A stretch of DNA of 38,153 nt, taken from positions 1-38,153 of IMG/VR virus record IMGVR_UViG_3300025296_000050; one strand, given 5' to 3'. The notes beneath the pieces are model-generated. The model was not told where the DNA came from. It did no database searches and was given only the letters and a program-made list of their open reading frames with translations. Numbering within the stretch: position 1 is the first letter of the stretch; each line of letters starts with the position of its first letter. Shown here in pieces: positions 1-8,274 of this stretch. The position numbers and the translations under genes are program-made. This DNA is from a virus (taxonomy: Duplodnaviria > Caudoviricetes).

Positions 1-2
1 AT

Positions 3-320
3 CCCCGGTGTCTGGGGCATACCCCCCGGCAACCCCAGAGATGCGCCTGTGGGGCCATCCTGGGGGCTTGGAAGTCCTAATTTGGTCCGCCACCATTGAT
101 TTTGGGCCAATTTTGCTTCCATCTGACGCTTTTGCATCCGGTAAAGGTCTTGCTGCATCTTAAACTGTTGGGCGTGCTGCATGGCGAGCGGGGCTTGCGC
201 GATCATGCCCAAGCCAGGATTGGGTGCACCATATCGGCGAGGTGCACCGGAGGCCATGAGGCCCGCGCCAAGCTGCATGAGCATCTGCGCCGCGCCGGGT
301 TTCTGGAAAAAATTCGCCAT
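3..320 (-). CDS. N-terminal part of a putative ejection/internal virion protein (runs off the window edge)
   Basis: Translated by hand: ATG at 320, MANFFQKPGAAQMLMQLGAGLMASGAP..., open to the edge; Gln/Met/Ala-rich; follows two other ejection-like genes. Confidence 0.6.
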   Translation of the reverse strand, partial: MANFFQKPGAAQMLMQLGAGLMASGAPRRYGAPNPGLGMIAQAPLAMQHAQQFKMQQDLYRMQKRQMEAKLAQNQWWRTKLGLPSPQDGPTGASLGLPGGMPQTPG

Positions 321-326
321 GCTTAC

Positions 327-1103
327 CTACCAGCCACCGAAGCCCAGATCATCTGGACCGGGTTCACTCCAATCCGATTGGTCCCAACCATCTCCGCCGC
401 CCCATCCACTATCGCCATAGCCCCACCCCGATTGCTCAGGCCCAGTAAGACCGAGTTGTTGCTCCGGCGTCATTGCGGCAAGTGCAGCCGCAGCCGCAGC
501 CCGGTCTTCCGCAACTCCCGCTAGGGCCTGATCATAGACCGATTGCGAGATCGGCGCGTCCATTTCCCGATCTCCAGTCGAGAGCCCCAATTGTCCAGCC
601 AGCGCATTGCCCACCGAAAGTGACGGCACACCCAAACCAAGCTGATTGCCTATCCGAGAACCAATATTCGCGGCCGCATAAAGTTGCCCTATTCCCGGAA
701 TTTGACTAATACCAGCATCTATTAGACCGCCAAAAAGACCTTGCGCATTCAGCCCACGGCCTAAACCAGTATCTTGGAAATTGTATCCGCCAGGCGCATT
801 CAATATCGCCGGATCGCCCCCTGTCCAACCTTCTACTGGATTGGTCCATTCGTAATCGTCGCCGCCGTTGCCATCGTCGCTCTCCGGCCACAGAATAGGC
901 GGCGTGACCGGCTCAGGCGTTGGTGCAACGGGTGCTTCCGGTTCCACGCTCGCAATCTCCGGCACATCGTAAAGCCCCGGCGGCGCCTTGGTCGATGCCT
1001 GAAACGCTGCTTCCAACCCCGGATAATCCTCAAGATATTGTTCGACCCCATACCACGCGGGCGGATTGCCGTAGGGTGTCGCGGGGATGCCAAAGATGCT
1101 CAT
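327..1103 (-). CDS. Putative ejection/internal virion protein (Gly/Pro/Asp-rich)
   Basis: 258 aa; tightly packed in the late operon; Gly-rich hydrophobic segment. Confidence 0.55.
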   Translation of the reverse strand: MSIFGIPATPYGNPPAWYGVEQYLEDYPGLEAAFQASTKAPPGLYDVPEIASVEPEAPVAPTPEPVTPPILWPESDDGNGGDDYEWTNPVEGWTGGDPAILNAPGGYNFQDTGLGRGLNAQGLFGGLIDAGISQIPGIGQLYAAANIGSRIGNQLGLGVPSLSVGNALAGQLGLSTGDREMDAPISQSVYDQALAGVAEDRAAAAAALAAMTPEQQLGLTGPEQSGWGYGDSGWGGGDGWDQSDWSEPGPDDLGFGGW

Positions 1104-1106
1104 GGC

Positions 1107-2057
1107 TCAATACATTCCCAACATTCCGCCGCCGAGAGCGGACGCGCCTATGCCCCAACCGGGCAGGCCAAGCATGGAACCGATGCCGGCGCCCATGGAC
1201 GCGCCGCCGAGAAATGATTGTCCGGGGCTCGATGTCACGGGATAAGTTGACATGCCCTGCCCACCATACCCACCGCCGATCAACGACATGTACTGACCCA
1301 GTTTCTCCGCCGGGAGGTTCTGGTTGAAATTCCAACGATTGACGAGATCGGCAAGCTCAGCCTGCGATTGCGCTTCGCGGCCCGCCCCGACCGCCGCTAA
1401 CTGTTGGGGGTCCGCGTAATCGGCCGCCGCCAGCCCCGGCGCGGCACCAATCATCCCCATTTGGCGTTGGCGTTCGGCTCCGTACTCACCGCTGAGACCG
1501 GCCGCCGCCTGCTGTTGCATGCCGCGCTCTTGCCCGTATTGTCCAAACAGCAAGGGTGCCACGGCGCCCGAGACGCCCCGCGAGATCGCCTCCGCATGTC
1601 CGGGCGAACCGAACCGCCGAGCACCCAACCGGGAAGTATCAATGGAACGCGACACGTCGCCGGTCACGCGATCAATAAGTCCTTGTGTGTAGGGATTGCC
1701 CTGGTTGAGATATTGACCGCCCATCACATTCTGATAATAGCCGGTAGCCGGGGAGGTCATACCTCCACCTTGCAGAGTGCTTTGTGCTTGAGTCTGTGCC
1801 GCACCCAACAGCGGATTGCCGGCCAGTGCCCGGTTCTCGGTCATGCGCAACGCCTGTTCTGTCTGCGGTGCCATGGGAGTGACCGTGCTTCCCGGATAAT
1901 ATTGCGGAACCCCCGACTCATAAATATCCCGCGCTTGGCCGAAACCGAACTTGAGCGGGTCCTGTTGCGGCCCCCACGGATCGCTGGTGGTTTTCTGCGT
2001 GATGTACCTGACATCTCCGCCGCCGCCGCTGCCGCCGCCTTTGAATGGGTTGCCCAT
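1107..2057 (-). CDS. Putative DNA ejection protein
   Basis: 316 aa, Gly/Gln-rich, N-terminal TTSDPWGPQQ motif, C-terminal GGASMGAGIGSMLG glycine-zipper-like segment; podovirus ejection-cassette position. Confidence 0.65.
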   Translation of the reverse strand: MGNPFKGGGSGGGGDVRYITQKTTSDPWGPQQDPLKFGFGQARDIYESGVPQYYPGSTVTPMAPQTEQALRMTENRALAGNPLLGAAQTQAQSTLQGGGMTSPATGYYQNVMGGQYLNQGNPYTQGLIDRVTGDVSRSIDTSRLGARRFGSPGHAEAISRGVSGAVAPLLFGQYGQERGMQQQAAAGLSGEYGAERQRQMGMIGAAPGLAAADYADPQQLAAVGAGREAQSQAELADLVNRWNFNQNLPAEKLGQYMSLIGGGYGGQGMSTYPVTSSPGQSFLGGASMGAGIGSMLGLPGWGIGASALGGGMLGMY

Positions 2058-2058
2058 G

Positions 2059-2454
2059 TCACAATTCCTTCGTCAAGACGGTAGTATAATGTTCATAGCC
2101 CTTGTCCCGCAACGCACGGCCCCAACCGGGCCGCCCGGCTATTTCGGCGCGGGTACAGCCTCGGTCCCGGCCCCATATTTCCACCTTCGCCCCGATTGCC
2201 AGTAATTCGTCCAAATCGCCCGCCGCGAGCCACGCCTGGATCGCACGGGCTTTTTCGTATTGGACGATTTCCGTCACCATGAACGACTTGGCGCCGGGCC
2301 AGAATTGAAACCGCCCTTCCGCAATCCCGCGTGATACCGACCCGATGTCATGGGACGGGTGGTCCTTAAGCGCCCGGTCGATAACCGGGAGCAAACGCGG
2401 GTCCGCGTATAGTTCGTTCGCGTCGCGCGTATCAATTAAAGATAACGTAGTCAT
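2059..2454 (-). CDS. GNAT-like phage protein preceding the ejection cassette
   Basis: 131 aa; GCTRAEIAGRPGWGRAL motif; position typical of podovirus acetyltransferase-fold genes. Confidence 0.55.
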   Translation of the reverse strand: MTTLSLIDTRDANELYADPRLLPVIDRALKDHPSHDIGSVSRGIAEGRFQFWPGAKSFMVTEIVQYEKARAIQAWLAAGDLDELLAIGAKVEIWGRDRGCTRAEIAGRPGWGRALRDKGYEHYTTVLTKEL

Positions 2455-2797
2455 ACGTTTTGTCCGTGGCGGCGGTGTTCGTGTGCGTCAACGTAGCGCT
2501 GTATTGGTCCTTGGCGGTAACGGCGGGAACGCCGGCCGCCCGTGCGTTCTCCGTCGTCGGCGAAAACATGACCTTGGAATTGCCGCCTAGCCGGCGGTCG
2601 GAAAGCGTCGTCGTCGTCGTGCTGGCCGTTAGGGTAACGGCCCCCTTGGCATTGGCCGCGCCCGTGTTCAAAATCTGGTTCACGCCGAGCGCGATTTGCC
2701 GCAACCATTCGCCCAAATCCTCCATGCCCCGGACACGCCAGAAGGCGGGGACGGAATGGCCCCGGATCGCCGTTGCGCGGGGGGACGTGATTGCCAT
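2432..2797 (-). CDS. Hypothetical virion/tail protein
   Basis: 121 aa, Thr-rich beta-type C-terminus; packed between tail genes. Confidence 0.55.
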   Translation of the reverse strand: MAITSPRATAIRGHSVPAFWRVRGMEDLGEWLRQIALGVNQILNTGAANAKGAVTLTASTTTTTLSDRRLGGNSKVMFSPTTENARAAGVPAVTAKDQYSATLTHTNTAATDKTYDYVIFN

Positions 2798-2798
2798 A

Positions 2799-4379
2799 TC
2801 AGTAGACGCCTTCGCGTGTCGTTAGGAGTTCAAGCCCCTGGGCGTGGTTCCACGACGCGCCGGCCGCGACGATCATTCGCCCCCGGACGTACCGGCTTGA
2901 ATTGTTCGCCGGGATGATGCCGTCCGTGTTGAGCGATTGCGCCGTATCGAACGAAACGCTATCGACGGTCCGGTTGCGCCCGCCGATGGCCCCCGTGATA
3001 TTGGACGCGGCGGCGTCAACCATCGGAAGCATTCCGGTTGTCCGGGTGAAGTATCCGGGGTTGAGCATCTTTTCCCCGGTCGTCAGGGTCGCCGCCAAGT
3101 TGGCCCCGTCAAAGAAGCCGTACAGGTTGGACGTATTGAAGCCGGCCAACTTGAACGTGCCGCCGGACCAGGCGCGGGAATCGAGGCTAAAGGCAAGCGC
3201 GTCAAGGTCGGTCGATATCGTGTCCAAACCGTCAAGGGTCAATCCTTGCGTCATCGAGCGCAACAGGATTTCGTGAGTGATTTCGGCCTCGCCCCATTTG
3301 TCCTCGACGTAGTTATAGATCGCCAGGATATTCGGCGTACCGCCCGACGAACCCGTACCGGGAAATCCCCAATACACCAACTTGCGGAGCGGGTCGATTG
3401 CCGCCGTGACGCGCGAGCGGTACTGCAAATCGAACTGGTCGTCGAACCACTTATCGACGCGGCCATGGCCGATGGGGATGCTCTCGCCCGTCCCCTCGGT
3501 CATCATAAAGCCTTCCGGGGAATGGTAGAATACGCGGCGGCCCTGGGCGATGACGCTGCCGGGGATTTCCGTGCCGCGCTTGCGGTCAATCCGGTTGAAG
3601 CTGAAAATCTCGCCGCCCCCGACGAAATCCATCCGTTCAATGGCGTTCTCGAAAAACACCAGCCCGTATTCCACGCCCCCGACTACCTTCTGCGCCCAAC
3701 CCGCGCCCTTCACGTCTTGGAAGTCGCAAAGCGTCGCGGCGTCCGGGTCCGCGTCCGTGGTGTCCCCCGCCGCCGACCACCAAACACGGGACGGCTTCAC
3801 GCCGTCGGTCGTGTCGTTCGTGTTCGCCATGACCAGGAATTGATCGCGCACGATATCAATGTGCCGCGCCTTGGGCTTGTTCGTGGACGTAATATGGTCG
3901 GCGAACAACGTGGACGTGCCAAGGGTGAACGATTGGATTGCGTCTTCGTAATTCGTGGCAATCACGGTCAGGTTATCGAGGGTGAATTCCCAACCGCCGT
4001 CGTCCGCGCCGTCATATCCGCCGGACTTCGATACGTTGGACACTTCCGCCGCCGCGTTGATATAATAGAGTTTCTTGTCGTCGCCGGCATGAACGAACAC
4101 AACGCCTTCCGAATTCTGCGCCGCCGACAACCCCCGCGCCCGTCCGTCAAGCGCCGTTGATGTGTCGGCGCTGAAATCCGCCTGCGGGCCGAACCCGTCC
4201 GGGACGGGAACGCCGTTCGTCAACGTCGGCGAACCGGGCGAACCAAGGGGCGCGCGGTCGGGCTCGAAGGATTCAAATTCCAGGACCGGCCCCGGTACGT
4301 CGCTGTCCGCCAATATCGGGCGGATCGCCGCCAACCGAGCGGCGAGGGATTTTGGCGGCGGGGCGTAGAATTGGGGCAT
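2799..4379 (-). CDS. Tail nozzle/DNA-stabilisation protein (P22 gp10 / tail tubular B-like)
   Basis: 526 aa, beta-rich, RVWWS motif, directly after the adaptor. Confidence 0.7.
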   Translation of the reverse strand: MPQFYAPPPKSLAARLAAIRPILADSDVPGPVLEFESFEPDRAPLGSPGSPTLTNGVPVPDGFGPQADFSADTSTALDGRARGLSAAQNSEGVVFVHAGDDKKLYYINAAAEVSNVSKSGGYDGADDGGWEFTLDNLTVIATNYEDAIQSFTLGTSTLFADHITSTNKPKARHIDIVRDQFLVMANTNDTTDGVKPSRVWWSAAGDTTDADPDAATLCDFQDVKGAGWAQKVVGGVEYGLVFFENAIERMDFVGGGEIFSFNRIDRKRGTEIPGSVIAQGRRVFYHSPEGFMMTEGTGESIPIGHGRVDKWFDDQFDLQYRSRVTAAIDPLRKLVYWGFPGTGSSGGTPNILAIYNYVEDKWGEAEITHEILLRSMTQGLTLDGLDTISTDLDALAFSLDSRAWSGGTFKLAGFNTSNLYGFFDGANLAATLTTGEKMLNPGYFTRTTGMLPMVDAAASNITGAIGGRNRTVDSVSFDTAQSLNTDGIIPANNSSRYVRGRMIVAAGASWNHAQGLELLTTREGVY

Positions 4380-5275
4380 CAGGCTACCGCCACTTCCGAA
4401 CGTATCTGCGACCGGCCACGCGGGAACCGCCCGGCCTTGAAGGCGTTGCTATGGGCGTCAATCCGTTCTTGGTACAACGTCGCGTATTCCAACGCCCGCA
4501 TCCCGTTCGCCAGGAACGAATGGGCCTCGACCAAGGAGGCGTAGAGATAAATCCCCGGCGCGTTGGTCAGAATCCAGTTGGTGTCGCTATCGGCGGATAG
4601 GGCCGCGAACCGGCGGAAGAACAAGAACTTGCCGAAGTATTCCTTGTCCATCAAAGGCGAGAAAATTATGTACGGCCCTTCGACGGTGTACATTTTCGGT
4701 TGTGCGGTTTCGGACGAACCTTTGCGAATCCAGAATTGTTCGGGCGTCATGTAGTCCAGTTTTTTGTTGCCGTCCACGTCGAGATAGACGCGCCGTTGTT
4801 CGACGTACCGGGACGGCAACGGATAGCCGCCACGGGGGACCCACACGAACTGGGTCCCGTCATAGACGATCTCCACGGTATTGCCGTCGATCCAGTCCTC
4901 GTTTTCAAGTTCGTCGCCCGCGTCCTCGCCCTTCTTTACGTCCTTTTCGCCAAGGGACGATATGTTGACGTTGACCGCGCCGGTATTGGTCCCCGCCAAT
5001 TCAAAGTTGTAGCGGTCGCCCAGGGTATAGGCCGTCGCCGCCGTCGATGGGGTCAACAAGACGGTGTTCGTCCCGGAAACGGTCGATACCGTCGTCGCGG
5101 CGGTCAGGCGCAAGTCGATGTGGGCTTCCATCGACCGGACCCGCAAATCGGTATAGATGCGGTCTTCGGCCAGGGTCACGAATTCCTTTAGGCGGTCATC
5201 CGCGACCTGATTGCTATCGCGCTTCAACCAGTTGGATATCGCGCTCCGCAATAGGGTGAAGGTATTGATCGCCAT
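4379..5275 (-). CDS. Head-tail adaptor protein with an inserted tail-fibre-like domain
   Basis: 298 aa; MAINTF..AISNWLKR..FVTLAEDRI..DLR N-terminus and NWILTNAPGIYLYASL C-terminus; about 90-aa insertion at aa 58-148. Confidence 0.75.
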   Translation of the reverse strand: MAINTFTLLRSAISNWLKRDSNQVADDRLKEFVTLAEDRIYTDLRVRSMEAHIDLRLTAATTVSTVSGTNTVLLTPSTAATAYTLGDRYNFELAGTNTGAVNVNISSLGEKDVKKGEDAGDELENEDWIDGNTVEIVYDGTQFVWVPRGGYPLPSRYVEQRRVYLDVDGNKKLDYMTPEQFWIRKGSSETAQPKMYTVEGPYIIFSPLMDKEYFGKFLFFRRFAALSADSDTNWILTNAPGIYLYASLVEAHSFLANGMRALEYATLYQERIDAHSNAFKAGRFPRGRSQIRSEVAVA

Positions 5276-5278
5276 CGG

Positions 5279-5659
5279 CTACGCCCCCGGCAACAGTAGC
5301 GCCGGCCCGGCCCCCGTGTAACTGGCTTTGCGCGTCGGCTCGGCCGTCCGCAATTTGTAGGTGTCCCGGTCTTGCAAAATCTTGTAGAAGATCGCGTCCC
5401 GCTCCCGCCGGCCCAGGCGGCGGAACTGGTAGTAAGTCAACCCGCGTTGCTTCAACAGATAGCGCAACAAGACGAACGGGATGGACCCCTTCATCCGGAA
5501 GTTCCCGGTCGGAACGCTATCGGCCCGAGTCCGGGCGTTCTGCGCCAGGTACGGCCCGGCGTTTTGGGTATCGTTCAAGGCGAACGAATCGTTGCTTTCG
5601 TCATACTCGAAGGTCGTGACGATCCCGCCGTGCGCGTCGAATAGTCGCCGTTGTGCCAT
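5279..5659 (-). CDS. Conserved phage hypothetical protein upstream of the adaptor
   Basis: 126 aa; in-operon. Confidence 0.6.
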   Translation of the reverse strand: MAQRRLFDAHGGIVTTFEYDESNDSFALNDTQNAGPYLAQNARTRADSVPTGNFRMKGSIPFVLLRYLLKQRGLTYYQFRRLGRRERDAIFYKILQDRDTYKLRTAEPTRKASYTGAGPALLLPGA

Positions 5660-5701
5660 TACCGCGCCACCTTAAATAATCCTTTTACTTCAACCGGTTG
5701 T

Positions 5702-6079
5702 TCACCGGCTCATCTCCGTTATAAATAGGATGCCGCCCGACGATTCCTGGATGGCCGAGACAATGGCAAGGCCCGGCGCTAAGACCAGCATGGGCACGTT
5801 GGCCGGGAGCGAAAACGATGTCGTCGATTCCGCCGACGCCGCCGATGTCGCGTCCGCTGATATTTCTTGGCTCGATGAAATCGCCACGTAACAGGCCGTC
5901 GTACACATCAAACGCAAGTGCCGGATGAATTCGCCGGTCCTGTCCGTCGCGTTGAGCGACGTATTGTGATAGTCAAGCCATTGGGTCTTGACCGGCCTTA
6001 GCGGCTCGCCTTGTTGCGCCGCCGCCGGCAACGCTACGGCCACCAGCATCGCCGCAAGGATTATCTTGATTCGCGTCAT
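5702..6079 (-). CDS. Putative virion surface protein with Sec signal peptide and Ser/Ala-rich loop
   Basis: MTRIKIILAAMLVAVALPAAA|QQG; beta-rich mature part ending GILFITEMSR; ATGA-coupled to the upstream ORF. Confidence 0.65.
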   Translation of the reverse strand: MTRIKIILAAMLVAVALPAAAQQGEPLRPVKTQWLDYHNTSLNATDRTGEFIRHLRLMCTTACYVAISSSQEISADATSAASAESTTSFSLPANVPMLVLAPGLAIVSAIQESSGGILFITEMSR

Positions 6080-6651
6080 TGTTCTAACCTTTCAACAAGT
6101 CTTTGAAACCGTTGGCCGTTCGGCAAGGCGAGGCCCCGTCGGATCGCTTCCGTCATCCGGGCGGCGTCGCCGAGTAGATTGGCGTAGAGGGTTTCGGCCA
6201 TCCACATTTCCGGTTGAGCCGCCGCGATTTGTTGAACCCGCGCCATCAACGTCGCCATTTCCGGTTCGCGCCATCGGTTGGAGTTTATCAGGTATTCCGC
6301 CCGCGTTATCAACAAGGCGGGGGCGTGGGGCGCCGCCGTCGCGGCAATCCGATATGCCTTGTCCGCCGCGCCGGGCGATACGGCGACGCATTTCCTCTTG
6401 GAGTCGGTACAAAGCCCGGATTTTGCCATCAACCGGCCCAGGGTCAACATAAGTTGCTTCCGCGTCTGTCCGTCCCAGTCCCAAGTAGCGACCGCCTTCA
6501 CATTCGCTATCCATGCCGGGTCCGGCAAGTCGTGGTTTTCCAGCAAAACGCGCGTGTTCGAGATATACGCTTGGGACAAATACCATTGCGGCACGGCCCA
6601 ACCAATCCAGGCCGCTAACAACAAAGGGATGAGGGCTAGAACGCGAAACAT
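6076..6651 (-). CDS. Membrane-anchored helical (TPR-like) protein; probably the C-terminal domain or partner of the ligase
   Basis: 191 aa, N-terminal TM segment then Ala-rich helices; its stop overlaps the ATG of the next gene. Confidence 0.55.
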   Translation of the reverse strand: MFRVLALIPLLLAAWIGWAVPQWYLSQAYISNTRVLLENHDLPDPAWIANVKAVATWDWDGQTRKQLMLTLGRLMAKSGLCTDSKRKCVAVSPGAADKAYRIAATAAPHAPALLITRAEYLINSNRWREPEMATLMARVQQIAAAQPEMWMAETLYANLLGDAARMTEAIRRGLALPNGQRFQRLVERLEQ

Positions 6652-7711
6652 GCAACCCCACCGCCGCCATGATGACGAACGCGCTGGACGGGAAGTGAAG
6701 CGGGAACCCGACCATTGAGAGCACCCCGGCCACGGCCAGGGTCACGGCCGGCGGCCCCCCGGCGCGGCCCATGAACAAGACGCAAATCACGGCCAGGGCC
6801 AGGCCGACCAACCCGATTTCTGAAACAATCTGTAACAATTCGTTGTGAGCCAGGCCCGCGTCTATCGCCAGCCGTTCCATCAACGTCGTACCCAAGTACG
6901 GCATATGGAATTCGCGGAACAGATCGTAATTCCAATCGAACCCGCCGAGGCCAACCCCGACCCACGGCGCCGTTGACCAGATTGCCGCCGTGTTGATCCA
7001 GATTTCGGCGCGGGCCAGCACGGACGCCCTGGGGTCGCCAAAGGCCCCCATCCAGAGCGCGCCGTTGACGACGACTAGCGCCAGGACCGCCAGGGCGAAC
7101 CATTGCCGGCGGCGCACAAGCCAAGGGACCGCGCAAACGACGGGGACGGCGAGCAACAGCCATTTCGCGTTGGACCCGGACGTTGCGACGTGCCAGCCGC
7201 CCAAGACGACGGCGGGGATGGCCGCCCAGCCCATCGGCCGGCGGACTATCGCCCAAGCGGCCAACGGCAAGGTAATTGCCACCCATTCCAGGAGCCAATT
7301 CGAGTTGCCGAACCCGCCGGATATACCCGGCCGGGCCGCGTACAAAAGCATCACGGCCAACAGGGTCAGATTGGCGCATACCGGGATCCAGGTTGCCAAA
7401 CGTTCCGGCGAAGCCCTTGAGAACGCAAACACGAGAACGCCAAGGGCGACCGCCCTTTGCAATTCGAGCAATCCTTGACGGTAATCCGAGGACCACGTAA
7501 CCGACAGGGCGATCCAGCCTAGCAAGGCCAAGAGCGCCCAATCGAACGGCCGGAAGGTGGGCCGGGCGCGGTATAGCCAACCGGTGCCGGCGAGCAAGAG
7601 AATAATCGTGAAGGTGAATATCGCGGCCCATCGCGGCACCGTCGGGTCAGCCGTATAAATCAAGAAGGTAAGGGACGCCGCCGCGAAAGCGGCGCCCCCA
7701 ACCCAATACAT
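6092..7711 (-). CDS. O-antigen ligase / O-oligosaccharyltransferase (Wzy_C/PglL-like) family membrane protein; credible to about 6652, then apparently out of frame
   Basis: About 11 hydrophobic segments; motifs GFGNSN, R-x2-IW..PWVGVGLGGF, AHNELLQIVSEIGLVG, FPLH. Confidence 0.8.
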   Translation of the reverse strand: MYWVGGAAFAAASLTFLIYTADPTVPRWAAIFTFTIILLLAGTGWLYRARPTFRPFDWALLALLGWIALSVTWSSDYRQGLLELQRAVALGVLVFAFSRASPERLATWIPVCANLTLLAVMLLYAARPGISGGFGNSNWLLEWVAITLPLAAWAIVRRPMGWAAIPAVVLGGWHVATSGSNAKWLLLAVPVVCAVPWLVRRRQWFALAVLALVVVNGALWMGAFGDPRASVLARAEIWINTAAIWSTAPWVGVGLGGFDWNYDLFREFHMPYLGTTLMERLAIDAGLAHNELLQIVSEIGLVGLALAVICVLFMGRAGGPPAVTLAVAGVLSMVGFPLHFPSSAFVIMAAVGLHVSRSSPHPFVVSGLDWLGRAAMVFVPSVYLEHARFAGKPRLAGPGMDSECEGGRYLGLGRTDAEATYVDPGPVDGKIRALYRLQEEMRRRIARRGGQGISDCRDGGAPRPRLVDNAGGIPDKLQPMARTGNGDVDGAGSTNRGGSTGNVDGRNPLRQSTRRRRPDDGSDPTGPRLAERPTVSKTC

Positions 7712-8247
7712 TATTTCGGCTCGATAGTGATCGTGAACTGCGCCGCCGCGCTGCCGTTATCCGCCGCCGGCCCGCCGTCGGACGAGATGGCGATAACGTC
7801 GCCGGTGTGTAGATGGTTGTTGTCGGTCAACCGAACCGGCGTGTAGGTGTCCAAGATGCCAACTTCGTCGCCCGCCGCAAGGTTCGCAATCGTCATATGG
7901 GCGGTTCCGTTGGACACGTTGGCATACGCCGTCGCGTCGCGCATGATCGTAATCTGGATCAGCGCGTCCGCCGTCCCGATGTTGTCCAGCATGACCGATT
8001 GCACCAGGGTTATCTGGGCGTTGGTCACATCGACCGGAACGTAGGTCGTGGAGTATTGAGACACGTCCGTCAGCCGGACGGTAAGGAAGTGCCGCCCGAC
8101 CGCGAACGTCTCTTGTTCCAAGGACGGCCCGGCCCGGACCCAATCCGACGTGCCGTCGGCGTTATGGCGCAGTTGCCATTTCGCGTATGCCGTGCCGGCG
8201 GACACCAGCAACGCGAGAACGAGCAGGGATTTCAGGAAGTTTCGCAT
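7711..8247 (-). CDS. Putative capsid decoration protein with Sec signal peptide
   Basis: Immediately after the MCP; MRNFLKSLLVLALLVSAGTAYA|KW; beta-sandwich-like mature region; SD AAGGAG. Confidence 0.65.
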   Translation of the reverse strand: MRNFLKSLLVLALLVSAGTAYAKWQLRHNADGTSDWVRAGPSLEQETFAVGRHFLTVRLTDVSQYSTTYVPVDVTNAQITLVQSVMLDNIGTADALIQITIMRDATAYANVSNGTAHMTIANLAAGDEVGILDTYTPVRLTDNNHLHTGDVIAISSDGGPAADNGSAAAQFTITIEPK

Positions 8248-8274
8248 GGCGATGTCTCCTTTCCGTTTCCCCGC

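Noticed and set aside
2937-4160. 407-aa plus-strand ORF, and similar ones at 10899-12167 and 14657-15622
   Set aside because: Antisense to nozzle, portal and terminase; no motifs
4290-4379. Signal peptide on the nozzle protein
   Set aside because: N-terminal extension (MPQFYAPPPKSLAARLAAIRP) has no uninterrupted hydrophobic core
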